DNA of 64,000 bases from Amphiscolops sp. MND2022 (Eukaryota), in NCBI GenBank assembly GCA_964187785.1, contig OZ076409.1, forward strand, positions 50,036,001 through 50,100,000, written 5' to 3'. Positions 1 through 11,287 of this stretch are shown here, in pieces (position 1 is the first letter of the stretch; each line of letters starts with the position of its first letter). The notes under the pieces were generated by a model. The model saw only the letters and a list, made by a program, of their open reading frames with translations. It had not been told where the DNA came from and made no database searches. A program made the position numbers and the translations under genes.

Positions 1-2
1 AA

Positions 3-2225
3 GAATCTATAACACAAGAAACACTTGTTCATCTTTTTCAAAATCCTGATTCTCCTCAAGAACAATCATCACAGCCACCACAATCACAAATCTCTGATAC
101 GCGACACCCAAATCCGTCTGAAACACATACACTTCCCAATACATCAGAATTTTCTGACGAAACAGTACAAAATCCACAAAGTTTTACAATAACTGAAGAC
201 TCCAATCTTATAACAATTCCTACCCATAATATCACCCAAAGGACTACAAATCAGAATCAAGACAACCCTTCAAATATCATTACAGACAATACTTCTGTTT
301 TATCTCCATATAATACTAACATTACACAACCCTCTCAGACACAAATAATACCTCCTCGAAATTATGATCCACCTCCTATTCCATCTCAATTCTCAGCTCA
401 AATAAATACTCATGTCTCTCCTCAACCAAGCTCATCAAATACACACTCTATTACACAGAACAATAATACAGTACATTTCCAAACACCAACTCCACCTTCA
501 TCTTCTGAAATACAAACTTCAACTTATACTCCAGCTCAAACTAACCCAGTACAAACTACACAGCCTACCTTAAATATTAACACAATTCATTCTAACCCGC
601 TCTCTAACTATACTACAGCCAGACATCTGTCTCGACCTCCATTACAACCTATATTAACTGACCCATTATCATACAATCTCACCAGTACCAATCCAAGTCA
701 TACCCAACAATCTCAAATAAATTATAACACACACAACCAATTAAACACTCTTTCTTCCCAGCATACATCTAATACAATCCCTTCTACATTACAAACCTCT
801 CACTTTCAAATATCAAATCCTCCTTCAACAACAATTAGAACTAACCCTCACTTTCATAATACTTCAACTATCCCTTCAACTAATATTTCGAATCATCCTA
901 CATACAATACAACACCTCCATCTACTATGTCTCATAACACTATGTCACATCCAACATATATTAACTCTTCTACTTCTATATCAGAACCCATTAAACCTTT
1001 TGATGGACTCGATCACAACTATACACCTGAAGAATATTTACAACATATTGAGGCACGTGTTACATTCTCCTTAGGTTTACAACCTACATCAGAACATGAA
1101 TATAAATTTTGGCACGCTCGCCGCATGGCTTTCATACAATGCTCTTTAACAGGTACAGCACTAAGCTGGTACATCCGTTTAAACGACACTTATAAACATG
1201 ATTGGCACGCTTTCGTACAAGCTTTCAAAAAACAATTTTCCTCACAAAAGAACGCTTATTACGCTCAAGTTGAAGCCCTTAATTTAACAAAGAAAGATAA
1301 TGAAACAGTACGTCATTTTGCACTCAAAGTTCAACAACTGGTTGAAAAAGGCTGGTGTAATGAGAATGCATCTACTATAAACCTTAAATGCAATGAAATC
1401 TTTACAAAAGGACTTCCAAAAACCCTTAAAGACTTTGCAAATAAAAGACAAGTAAAACACACCTCCACTGTCTTAGAACCTTCAATTCCTTTCCATACTT
1501 TGGTAAAACTTGTTGACGCTGAGGATATTGCAAACGACAAAATTAGAACACATGATCTTGCACTTGAAATCAATAATATTACAAAACAATTGAACACTCA
1601 AACCCTAGATCACCCATCTCAAGAACAACTTATGTATACACAACCCAAAGACCCAAATAACAAAAATAAACCTGCATATAAAAAATACTGCTCATACTGT
1701 CATAGAACAAATCACTCCATTTCTGCTTGTTTCAAAAAACAACGAGATGACGAAGATAAACGAGAAGCATATGCTCGATCAAAATCTCCACAAAAATCAT
1801 TCGTTCAGTACTTTCGTTCTCCTTCAAATGACAAAACAAAACACTATGATAATCGATATCGAAGTCGAAGTACTTCACGAGATAACTCTTATAACCAAAA
1901 ATATTCACAAGATCGATACCGTTCTACATCTCGAGATAGAGACCGATTCCGTTATGATAAAAGTACTACTCCTCCACATTACTCCAGATCAAGATATGAT
2001 ACATATAAACGTGATTCTCGATCTTACCGTTCTCCTTACAGATCTTCTTATAGATCTCCATATAGACAAAATTCGCGTCCTAGATACAGATCACGCTCCT
2101 ATTCAAGAGATGACAAATTTAACAAATACACAAATTCATATAGACCAGACCACCTTCTAGACCAAGAAACTCCCGATTTTCCAGATCCCGATCACATTCA
2201 AATTCCAGAAATAAAATCAATATAG
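3..2225 (+). CDS. gag: Gag of element 1 (5'-incomplete; frame open from position 3)
   Basis: No stop from 3 to the ATG at 927 (S/T/P/N/Q-rich). Capsid-like segment IKPFDG...LTGTALSWY, zinc knuckle CSYCHRTNHSISAC (CX2CX4HX4C), R/S/Y-rich C-terminus. Confidence 0.9.
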   Translation, partial: ESITQETLVHLFQNPDSPQEQSSQPPQSQISDTRHPNPSETHTLPNTSEFSDETVQNPQSFTITEDSNLITIPTHNITQRTTNQNQDNPSNIITDNTSVLSPYNTNITQPSQTQIIPPRNYDPPPIPSQFSAQINTHVSPQPSSSNTHSITQNNNTVHFQTPTPPSSSEIQTSTYTPAQTNPVQTTQPTLNINTIHSNPLSNYTTARHLSRPPLQPILTDPLSYNLTSTNPSHTQQSQINYNTHNQLNTLSSQHTSNTIPSTLQTSHFQISNPPSTTIRTNPHFHNTSTIPSTNISNHPTYNTTPPSTMSHNTMSHPTYINSSTSISEPIKPFDGLDHNYTPEEYLQHIEARVTFSLGLQPTSEHEYKFWHARRMAFIQCSLTGTALSWYIRLNDTYKHDWHAFVQAFKKQFSSQKNAYYAQVEALNLTKKDNETVRHFALKVQQLVEKGWCNENASTINLKCNEIFTKGLPKTLKDFANKRQVKHTSTVLEPSIPFHTLVKLVDAEDIANDKIRTHDLALEINNITKQLNTQTLDHPSQEQLMYTQPKDPNNKNKPAYKKYCSYCHRTNHSISACFKKQRDDEDKREAYARSKSPQKSFVQYFRSPSNDKTKHYDNRYRSRSTSRDNSYNQKYSQDRYRSTSRDRDRFRYDKSTTPPHYSRSRYDTYKRDSRSYRSPYRSSYRSPYRQNSRPRYRSRSYSRDDKFNKYTNSYRPDHLLDQETPDFPDPDHIQIPEIKSI

Positions 2226-2269
2226 TACAACAACAAGAACAAACTGATCCTATCAAATTTGAAGTATAC

Positions 2270-5200
2270 ATGTATCACCCAACAGCAATGGCAAATGCTG
2301 TCACGCCTACAAGTTGGTTTTATACTCTATATGTACACACTCCATCAAGTATAGTACAAAGAGACAACCCATCTAGATTAGAAATTGCATTCCTCCTAGA
2401 TAGCGGTGCTTCCATTTCTGTACTCAATTATCCAACATACATCACTCTTACAAAACTTCTCGATATCAGACCAAATCACACCTCTGATGTTGGACCAACT
2501 AGAAATTCCAAAACACTAACTGTTGCAAACCAAACTGAAGTTCCTATTTTACATTATGCAAATATCATTCTGAACACTACTATTGACGAAAACTCTCGAT
2601 ACTTTTCAGTACCCTTCGCAGTAGCTGATATTAAATACAATATCCTTGGTACACCATTCTTCGAAGACAATATACAAAACATAAACATACAAGACTTTAC
2701 ACTCGAATTTAAATACCAATCAAAAACACACCCAAATTATGCAAAATTTACAACACTTCTATCAAAAGATTATCCATACTTCTTTTACATTTATAGAATT
2801 AACTCAAAAACTCAAATACGTTTAAAACCCAAATCTTCCAAAATTGCACACTTTCCGATCAAAAATTATCATAATCTTCATTTTACAACTACACCACAAA
2901 ACCACTTCTTTCCTTCAGTACCTCATACCTATTTTGCTACCAAATTCCGTACGACTTTCAATTTTATTGAAGTTTTTACAGATGACAAGCCAGATATATG
3001 TGCAACTATTATTCAAAACACTTCAAAACATATTGCAACGCTACCTACAGGACATATTGGCTACATTGAAGTTCCAATTACTAATGAAAAACCTAAATTC
3101 TTCCAAGTTAACGACATTAATACCTTAATACATAATGTTACTCATACTTATCATCCTGATATTACCGAACCACTTCCGCAGACCAATTATATTGTACAAT
3201 ATGATGATCCTACAACCCCTCCCCCACAATTCTCTCTACATCAAATTTATATGACAAATGACCACATTCCAAACCAAACTTCTCCTCTATATAACGTTCA
3301 ACCTACTTCTCATACCTCAGAAAAACGCATTTTTCCTTCTCTTCCATATACTTCTGAAAATCTGAAATTTATTAACAAATTTAATTTCCAATTTTCTGAT
3401 CTTACAGACTCAGAATACATTACTCTTTGCAATATGCTACTCAAATATAAAACATGTTATGCAACCCATAAAAACGATGTTGGAAAAATTTCAACACCCT
3501 TTCGTATACGACTTAAACCAAATGCTCAACTTATGACACAACGTCCTTCCAAAGTTCCTATTCATTATCGAGACAAATTAAATGCACTTCTCAAAGAACT
3601 TGAAAAATATAACATTATTAAACAAATTGGCTCTTCTCCTCAAGACAAACCCGTTTATGGCACAACTTATTTAAATCCTCTTATTATAATCCCCAAGGGA
3701 GATACAATAAAATGTGTATTAGACGCCCGACATCTTAATTCCAATACAGAACAATCTGATGAATCTTGGCCTATTGAACCTCTTGCTCCACAACTAGCAC
3801 GCGCAAACAAAAAGTACAAATCTGCTATTGACCTTATGTATGCCTATGCACATACACCTCTTGACGAAGATACTATAAAACTTACTAGCTTCTCTTCAGG
3901 AGACAAACTTTTCGCTTTCATACGAGGCTTTTATGGTCTCAAAGGACTACCAAATTTCTTTACAAAACAAATGTCTACATTCTTTAAAACTCTTATAGAA
4001 CAAGGTTTCGCGCTTGTCTACATTGACGATATATTACTTTTATCCGACTCTAAAGAACACATGTTTCAACTCATAGAACAATTACACATTATCAGTACAA
4101 AAAATAATCTTAAACTAGCCCCTGAAAAATCCTTTTTCATGCTCCTCAAAGTCAAATTCCTTGGACATGAAATTGGTTACAATACAATTAAACCAATTCA
4201 TTCAAAAATTGCAGCTATTCATAAGATCCCTTCTCCAACTGGCAAAGTTGCCTTAATGAGTTTCATTGGCGCACTCAATTTTTACACCAAATTTATTGAA
4301 AAACTACATATTAACCTCAAACCGTTTTACGATCTTTTACATGAAAACACTCCTTGGAAATGTACAGACGAACACGAAAGTCTATTCCAAAAACTTAAAA
4401 TGTCTCTCACTTCTGAAACAGAATTAACAATACCGAACACAAAACATCCATTTTTCATTACAGTTGACGCTTCCCTTATTGGATTAGGCGCTGTCTTATT
4501 CCAGTTAAATGAACAAAACAAAATGAAAGTCATATCGTACAACTCTCGTATACTTAACCCACAAGAACAAAAACTCTCCACACTTGATAGAGAACTCCTT
4601 GGTATAGTACACGCACTTCAAATCTATGAATTTCTTATCATAGGTTCTCCACATCCAATACACATTTTCACTGATCACAAACCTTTATTACATTGTTTTA
4701 CAAAGAAAGGTAATCTCAGCCCTCGTTTCTATAGAGCTCAAATGCAATTGACAAAATTTTCAAAACTCAAAATAATTCACACCCCTGGAAAAAATCTCTC
4801 TGTTGCCGATATGTTGAGTCGCTCATTCACAAAAGCTGAATTACAACTTAATCAATTAAAACATAAACACCTCCCACCACAAATCGATTTTGCACTTTTA
4901 CAAGATAACACCCTCAAACCTGTACATTACTTAATAAAACATGAAGAAATTTTACCTCATCAAAAACATGACTCTCATCCAATCCTTGCTGATTATGGTA
5001 CAGATCAATTCTCTATACGTATCAATGATAAAGGAAATGACATTATTGTAAAACCCTTACAATCTTTCTCCTTCAAATCTGTAACTCCTTTTCAAACCAA
5101 ATTTAAGACACCTACAAAAAAGAATAACAAAACCCTTCATCAACAATCTCTCTTACTCAATGATACTGACGTTACAAGTGATGACGAAGATCATATTTAC

Positions 5201-7279
5201 ACCAGAATTCCAAAATCTGACTCTTCCTTCTCACAAGATACTACACTACAAACAGAAAATTATTCTACTCTTAAACAACCAAGTCACAACACTTCACAGA
5301 AATCAATTTCTGCAATAAATGTACAACCAAATTTACCATCTCTCACACACTGTCAACAAATTATACCTTTTTATGATACATCATTTTTTAAGTACAAAAA
5401 TTATTTTCAAGGTTTCTTCCTTCCAGATGATTACTCATTGGACATAAAAACTCTCCAACAACAGCAATCCCAAGATCCGGTTCTTAGAACTGTTTATTCT
5501 TGGTTACTAAACAATGAAAAACCCGAATTTATAACACCTCTTATCACTGGTACTCCATTTCTACATGTATATTACAAAAGATTTTCACAACTTTTCATCG
5601 ATGAATCCACTAATCTCATTAGTCTGTATATTACAAACCCTACTGTTAATAACCAATCCTCTACTCCAAATTTTGTACAAGATACTATTCGCATATGCCT
5701 ACCTTTCCGACTGTTTAACACTGTCTTTAACAAACTTCATGAACATTCTCACACTGGTATGAAAATCACCTACAATACATTCAAACAATACTACTATATT
5801 CCATTCCTTGAGAAATGGCTTTCCATTTTCATACATGACTGTATTGAATGTCAACGTAATAAGCACTTCAATATGAAAATTCAAACTGCTCCTACACAAT
5901 CATTTTCAGAACATGCTCCATCTTTCAACTATAGAATCTCAATGGACACTAAAGGACCTATTAACCCTCCTTCTCATAACAAATCCTATATACATGTAAT
6001 AATTGACGCTTTTAGTCACTTTGTTGTTACAGTACCCATCAAATCAAACAACGCAAAGACTGCTATCAAAACTCTCTTACACCACTGGATTATTAAATTT
6101 GGACCACCCATATACCTTGTCACTGATCGTGGATCAGAATATGTTAACAAAGAAATGGCACACCTTTGTACACTTATGGGAATTCGTCATTCTCCTAGAA
6201 CAGCTTATTCTCCTTGGACAAATGGCCTTGTTGAAGTACAAAACAGAAATCTTGGTACTCATCTTCGAATGTTCCTACATGACACACCTAAAGATTGGGC
6301 ATTTCAAGTCCATATGTACGCTTATGCACATAATTCACAACCACTTTCAGAACTCAATGTTTCACCTCACGAAATTGTTTTCCATACTAGTCCCAGAATA
6401 CCCCTCGCATTTGATTTAAACCTTAATCGAGATACCACCAAGACATGTATTTCACGCTATTGCTCTCAACTCCCTGAACACTCTCACTATGATAAATCAG
6501 ATTTAAACCCATTTTTCTATAAGACACTTTCAAAACCCATTCCCCAATGGTTTCTCGCTGTAGAAACTGCTATGTTACAAATTTATTCCACAGTCTATGA
6601 AAACACCCTACGAAAAATTAATTCACACGCATACATTACAAAAACTTACCACGAAGGTAAACCCCTTCCTATTGGTACCTTTGTTTTAAAACGCAATTTT
6701 ACACATGTTCACTTTTCAGACAAACTCAAACCCCTTCGGATTGGACCATATAAAATTCTTGACAGACTATCAGACGTCACATATGCACTACTTGCACAAG
6801 ATGGCTCTACAGTACACGTTCATAGAAATCATTTAATCCCATATTACCCTAAAGAACCACTCTTATATCCACATTTGCGTAATTTTATGCGCTTTTCAGA
6901 CACAACTCAAAACCAAATTCCACAAATTACCAGATATGCAAACAGTGATTCTTCCCCGTTTAATTCTGATGAATCTTTGTCTGAGGAAGATTCTCAAACA
7001 TTTATGACACCACCATCATTTAGTACATCCAATCAAAATACACCATCTATAACATCCAATGACAAGTCTTTAACTTCCTCAACCAATGACAACTCCTTAT
7101 ATAGACATATAATTAATACCCCTCAAACTAATGTCCCTAGTGACAGATCGAGACACCCTTCTAACAACCAAACAACTTCACTTCCTCCTCTAATTGACAG
7201 AACCACAAAAACCACTTATAAACTACGACAACAACCCAAATTAGATTATAGACTTTTTATTACACCTTCAAAACTGTAA
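2270..7279 (+). CDS. pol: Pol polyprotein of element 1 (protease, RT, RNase H, integrase)
   Basis: LLDSGAS (aspartic protease), VYIDDILL (RT), TVDASLIGLGAVL/FTDHKPL (RNase H), HEHSH..CIEC, SMDTKGP, VTDRGSEY, NGLVE (integrase HHCC and DDE), IGPY (GPY/F). Uninterrupted 1669 aa; frame also open upstream to about 2147. Confidence 0.97.
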   Translation: MYHPTAMANAVTPTSWFYTLYVHTPSSIVQRDNPSRLEIAFLLDSGASISVLNYPTYITLTKLLDIRPNHTSDVGPTRNSKTLTVANQTEVPILHYANIILNTTIDENSRYFSVPFAVADIKYNILGTPFFEDNIQNINIQDFTLEFKYQSKTHPNYAKFTTLLSKDYPYFFYIYRINSKTQIRLKPKSSKIAHFPIKNYHNLHFTTTPQNHFFPSVPHTYFATKFRTTFNFIEVFTDDKPDICATIIQNTSKHIATLPTGHIGYIEVPITNEKPKFFQVNDINTLIHNVTHTYHPDITEPLPQTNYIVQYDDPTTPPPQFSLHQIYMTNDHIPNQTSPLYNVQPTSHTSEKRIFPSLPYTSENLKFINKFNFQFSDLTDSEYITLCNMLLKYKTCYATHKNDVGKISTPFRIRLKPNAQLMTQRPSKVPIHYRDKLNALLKELEKYNIIKQIGSSPQDKPVYGTTYLNPLIIIPKGDTIKCVLDARHLNSNTEQSDESWPIEPLAPQLARANKKYKSAIDLMYAYAHTPLDEDTIKLTSFSSGDKLFAFIRGFYGLKGLPNFFTKQMSTFFKTLIEQGFALVYIDDILLLSDSKEHMFQLIEQLHIISTKNNLKLAPEKSFFMLLKVKFLGHEIGYNTIKPIHSKIAAIHKIPSPTGKVALMSFIGALNFYTKFIEKLHINLKPFYDLLHENTPWKCTDEHESLFQKLKMSLTSETELTIPNTKHPFFITVDASLIGLGAVLFQLNEQNKMKVISYNSRILNPQEQKLSTLDRELLGIVHALQIYEFLIIGSPHPIHIFTDHKPLLHCFTKKGNLSPRFYRAQMQLTKFSKLKIIHTPGKNLSVADMLSRSFTKAELQLNQLKHKHLPPQIDFALLQDNTLKPVHYLIKHEEILPHQKHDSHPILADYGTDQFSIRINDKGNDIIVKPLQSFSFKSVTPFQTKFKTPTKKNNKTLHQQSLLLNDTDVTSDDEDHIYTRIPKSDSSFSQDTTLQTENYSTLKQPSHNTSQKSISAINVQPNLPSLTHCQQIIPFYDTSFFKYKNYFQGFFLPDDYSLDIKTLQQQQSQDPVLRTVYSWLLNNEKPEFITPLITGTPFLHVYYKRFSQLFIDESTNLISLYITNPTVNNQSSTPNFVQDTIRICLPFRLFNTVFNKLHEHSHTGMKITYNTFKQYYYIPFLEKWLSIFIHDCIECQRNKHFNMKIQTAPTQSFSEHAPSFNYRISMDTKGPINPPSHNKSYIHVIIDAFSHFVVTVPIKSNNAKTAIKTLLHHWIIKFGPPIYLVTDRGSEYVNKEMAHLCTLMGIRHSPRTAYSPWTNGLVEVQNRNLGTHLRMFLHDTPKDWAFQVHMYAYAHNSQPLSELNVSPHEIVFHTSPRIPLAFDLNLNRDTTKTCISRYCSQLPEHSHYDKSDLNPFFYKTLSKPIPQWFLAVETAMLQIYSTVYENTLRKINSHAYITKTYHEGKPLPIGTFVLKRNFTHVHFSDKLKPLRIGPYKILDRLSDVTYALLAQDGSTVHVHRNHLIPYYPKEPLLYPHLRNFMRFSDTTQNQIPQITRYANSDSSPFNSDESLSEEDSQTFMTPPSFSTSNQNTPSITSNDKSLTSSTNDNSLYRHIINTPQTNVPSDRSRHPSNNQTTSLPPLIDRTTKTTYKLRQQPKLDYRLFITPSKL

Positions 7280-7380
7280 TCTAGTCATTCTATCTGTTGG
7301 CTTACTCAAACCTAGTCACTCCGGTTGAATAAAGGTTGAATAAATGAAATAAAACTCATAACAAGTTATCTTACAGATAA

Positions 7381-8637
7381 CCTGTTGAAAACGCTTCAAC
7401 AATCCTGGATCCTCCCTCTGATATCTCTCCATCAGCTCCAAGTATTCCTTCTACACCTGAATCTTCAGTATCAAACACTACAAACTCTAGTAATGTAACT
7501 CCTACTACTCCTTCTAAAAGACCCAGATCATACATCTCTGAAACCACTTCTTCTTCACTTCTTCACAGACCACCTATAACCGAAATTCCTATAAACACTC
7601 GTCCCCAACAAACTCCTATTAACACTCCTATTATACATATACCCAACCCTGAAAGTGTTGAACAATACGTAACATACAAACACCCTACAGCTATCAAAAC
7701 TGTTAGACTCCAACCTCAACTTAATCTAGTACAAATTCCTGATACTGAATATACGAAACTACCTCCACTAAAATTACCTTCAGAACTTAGCACTACAGAA
7801 CTTAGCACTACTTCTTCAAAACTTTATCCACCATTAAAACCTCTTCGAAAACCCTCTACATCACTCTCAATTCTATTAGACAATAATACTTCTGACTACA
7901 CTCCATCACAAGACACAAGCTCATTTTTTGTACCTAAACATAGATATAATCTTCGTGACCTTCCTTCACGTAGACTTAGTACAGACACTTCCACACTCAA
8001 TTTTTCCGCTCTTTCTAGCAATTCTGCATTACGACTTGTAAGACAACACGCTCAACCATTGTCCTCTGACCCATCATCTTCAGAACTCTTTCAATCTCCT
8101 TATTTTACTTCTGGTTTTGAAACCGCTTCATTACTCTCATCAAACCCACAAACTGCATTTCTATCAGGAGATCTCTTTTCACAAGTAGTAATCCCTACTC
8201 CTGTTCCTGCACATATTAGACTACCTGAATACTATACTGCAGAACATTCTAGACCTCCAACCCCAAATTTTGCTGATTATCCACTTCGAGTCGATGGTAT
8301 AACTATCTACGACCCACAAAACGATCCTCGATTTCCAATTCTTGCAGAACGTTTTATTAATAACAACGATCTCTTATCTCACAAACGTAAAGAAACAGAA
8401 CTAAAACGTCTTCAGACACCAAATTTAGAACTTAAATTTGAAGTCAAAGTCAAATTTCAAGGATTAAATCCTCATCCAATATTTCACGTTTCTAAAATAG
8501 AACATAAAACCTCTCCTGCTCCTTTTGAAGTAGTACATATTGAATTCGAACGCGATCTTACTATACCCACTATCACGTATGGCAACATTGTCTTCTGTAA
8601 CCCATACTCTGGTCTCAAATATAAAACATCCTTTTAA
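7381..8637 (+). CDS. Element 1 accessory ORF A: ~418-codon ATG-less frame, Ser/Thr/Pro-rich N-half
   Basis: Frame of the listed 8059-8637 ORF stays open back to the TAA at 7378-7380 and contains no in-frame ATG; overlaps the env start. Confidence 0.6.
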   Translation, partial: PVENASTILDPPSDISPSAPSIPSTPESSVSNTTNSSNVTPTTPSKRPRSYISETTSSSLLHRPPITEIPINTRPQQTPINTPIIHIPNPESVEQYVTYKHPTAIKTVRLQPQLNLVQIPDTEYTKLPPLKLPSELSTTELSTTSSKLYPPLKPLRKPSTSLSILLDNNTSDYTPSQDTSSFFVPKHRYNLRDLPSRRLSTDTSTLNFSALSSNSALRLVRQHAQPLSSDPSSSELFQSPYFTSGFETASLLSSNPQTAFLSGDLFSQVVIPTPVPAHIRLPEYYTAEHSRPPTPNFADYPLRVDGITIYDPQNDPRFPILAERFINNNDLLSHKRKETELKRLQTPNLELKFEVKVKFQGLNPHPIFHVSKIEHKTSPAPFEVVHIEFERDLTIPTITYGNIVFCNPYSGLKYKTSF

Positions 8638-11287
8638 ATCTTACACAACCTCTTATATAACAACTATAATTCTTTTCTTACATTTCTTTAACTCTACCTT
8701 TTCCATACCTATAGCACTCCCTGACACAGAAAACTATCTTCCATCAGATGACCCGAATATTACAAATCTCATGGTTTCTCATTATGATTGTGCAAAACAA
8801 CACAATCTCAGACAATTTAATCTACTTAATGTAAAACAATGCACTGAAGCTCCTTCTGACATTAAACATGCAAGTGTTAAAGCCCGTGTATATGTCCGAG
8901 CAAAAGCTAAACGTATCAAAGCTTTCAAATGTGTTGCTTATGCAAAGAAAGAAAGGAAAATATGCTTTCAAGGATCTGTCAAATACCGTCGTGTTGATCG
9001 AACTGTATGGAATCATAATACATTACCGCTTCCTGTTACTCTTGACCCGGTAGAATGTAAAAACATAATAAGACATTTAAATGGTACAAATGATAAAATA
9101 TTGAACAACCTTAACTACAACAAAACATTTACTTTCTTAGAAGACCATTATTTTCAAGAACGTTTAGAACAATATCAAAATCCTTTCACTGTATATCAAT
9201 TGAACAAAATGTATACAGGTACATTTACATTTATGCCTGCTGATAAAAACTGGATATATGACCCTACAAAAAACCCTTATCATAACTGTCCTGCTCATCA
9301 TCAATTCGAAGTCAACTTAGTTAGTTGGCGACTAGAAGTTTCCGAAATAGAACTTACATATGATGACACATCAAATGATATGATAATAGATGGACATACA
9401 TTACCCTGCTATTTTGCAGATGGCTTCTGTAAACCCACTACAAAAACTCCTTTTACTCTTGTTTGGTTTAATGATGATTATTGTCTAATTTTTACCTTAC
9501 AAGACTTTATTGGACGTATGACTAAAATTGAAGATAGATATTGGATTGAAACAGACTCTTTTGTACATTCTCCACATTCAGTAAAATCTCAAACTGCTTC
9601 TGGCATAAAAGGTACAGAACATCCTTATGTTCATGCTCCCCATACACAACATCCAAATAACCCAAGTCTTTCAAGATTTGAAGTTTTTCCTACAGCACAA
9701 ACCTTTTGTGGTAAACCAGACCCTCTCTATTCTACACAATACTCAGACCTTTTTGTTACATACACTGATGGTTTTAATATGCATACAGGACAACCTAATC
9801 CTCATTCCATAATTGATGAGTATATCTCTGGTAAAATAGTATTGGACACTTCAAAAAACAAATTTGTGTTTCCTGCATTAAATGTATCAAACAATTTCGC
9901 TACCATTGATTATGATGCCCATATAAACACCAAAATTGATTACACTATTAATCATGTTTTTCAATCAATGACAGTACAAGAACTAAATACTCTTCATACA
10001 ATATGTGAACTAGAACGAAATCAACTTCTTACAATACTCGCTATGTCAGTACAAAATCCTCAACTTGCTGGTTTCCTTTTAACCGGTAATAGAAGTAACT
10101 TCTTATACGTTGAAGGCTCAACCGCCTGGCTTTATGACTGTCCTCATTTTTTATCTCCTTTATACAAAGCAGATAGATGCTTTGACCGTATACCCATACA
10201 TTTTAAAGATACCTTAATGTACGTTGATCCTATTACAAGACAAACTTATGATTATGCTACACCAATTACATGCGATAATAATCCACGTAACATTATTGAA
10301 CTCGACCCTGATTCAGATGATCAAGACTTTTACATTCTTGGACCTGAACCTATCAAACGTAAACCTCCACTAATGTTTACACCCTCACAAATCAAAACTA
10401 CAATACGCCCTAATACTTTTACAGCCCAAGATGCTGGTATATATTCAAATGCAGAACTTGATCAATTTTGGAACCGTATTTTATTTTCTAAACACTCTGA
10501 TTCTACACTTCAATTGCTAGGTAAAGCTCTTAGTTATTCATTCATTTCATCTAATACTCCAAATTACGATGCAGATTCCCCTCAAGACTCTGGTAATCCT
10601 TACAATACATTACGAATAGGACTACATGATAAACTCTTGAATTTAACTCCTCTTTTCACACCTACATGGTTCTCTGATGCTTTTATTGCACTTTTTGGAT
10701 ACCCTTGTTACATTCTTACACAATGTGGCATATACTTTTCTACATTTCTTTTTGTACAAGCTACTCTTACACTTATTGTTAAACTTTACAAAACAATATC
10801 TATTAAATATAATCTTAAAAATAATATTACTTTACTTAGTTCTATTGCACATGGTTTTTTTAATGTTCTTACAGCACGAATGGTCAGTGACCTACATGAG
10901 ACTCAAAACAAAAAACCCAAAAGTACACTTTTCAAATCCAAATCTTTAGATAACTTTATTGACACTTCTCCAAATTTAATTAACCATTCTACAGATGTTA
11001 CTTCCCCTCCACCTTTTTATACCAAACGATCTAACAAAATTCAATTTCCTAAATTTAACTTCTTTCCGAAACGACACCACAATTCTCACCATAAAACGAC
11101 TCCACTTCCTTTCTCTTCTATCCAACATCCCCCACTTCCTAATTATACTCATAAAAACTTTCACTCGAATGACAATCTAACTCCTCAACATGACACTTTA
11201 ATTAACAATCCTGTCACTTCTACTACGGATACACCAATTAAAATCTATTCACGAATAAACTATCCTTTTCCTCCTCCATCTTCTTGA
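8579..11287 (+). CDS. env: Envelope glycoprotein, chuvirus-type/class III (gB-like) fusogen
   Basis: ATG 8579, hydrophobic signal (ITTIILFLHFFNSTFS), YDC..C start, Cys-rich ectodomain with N-glycosylation sequons, segment INTKIDY..ICELERNQL..NPQLAG..EGSTAWLYDC..CFDRIPI..YVDPITR..C resembling chuviral glycoproteins, C-terminal hydrophobic span (AFIALFGYPCYILTQCGIYFSTFLFVQATLTLIV), cytoplasmic tail with PPFY. Confidence 0.85.
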   Translation: MATLSSVTHTLVSNIKHPFKSYTTSYITTIILFLHFFNSTFSIPIALPDTENYLPSDDPNITNLMVSHYDCAKQHNLRQFNLLNVKQCTEAPSDIKHASVKARVYVRAKAKRIKAFKCVAYAKKERKICFQGSVKYRRVDRTVWNHNTLPLPVTLDPVECKNIIRHLNGTNDKILNNLNYNKTFTFLEDHYFQERLEQYQNPFTVYQLNKMYTGTFTFMPADKNWIYDPTKNPYHNCPAHHQFEVNLVSWRLEVSEIELTYDDTSNDMIIDGHTLPCYFADGFCKPTTKTPFTLVWFNDDYCLIFTLQDFIGRMTKIEDRYWIETDSFVHSPHSVKSQTASGIKGTEHPYVHAPHTQHPNNPSLSRFEVFPTAQTFCGKPDPLYSTQYSDLFVTYTDGFNMHTGQPNPHSIIDEYISGKIVLDTSKNKFVFPALNVSNNFATIDYDAHINTKIDYTINHVFQSMTVQELNTLHTICELERNQLLTILAMSVQNPQLAGFLLTGNRSNFLYVEGSTAWLYDCPHFLSPLYKADRCFDRIPIHFKDTLMYVDPITRQTYDYATPITCDNNPRNIIELDPDSDDQDFYILGPEPIKRKPPLMFTPSQIKTTIRPNTFTAQDAGIYSNAELDQFWNRILFSKHSDSTLQLLGKALSYSFISSNTPNYDADSPQDSGNPYNTLRIGLHDKLLNLTPLFTPTWFSDAFIALFGYPCYILTQCGIYFSTFLFVQATLTLIVKLYKTISIKYNLKNNITLLSSIAHGFFNVLTARMVSDLHETQNKKPKSTLFKSKSLDNFIDTSPNLINHSTDVTSPPPFYTKRSNKIQFPKFNFFPKRHHNSHHKTTPLPFSSIQHPPLPNYTHKNFHSNDNLTPQHDTLINNPVTSTTDTPIKIYSRINYPFPPPSS

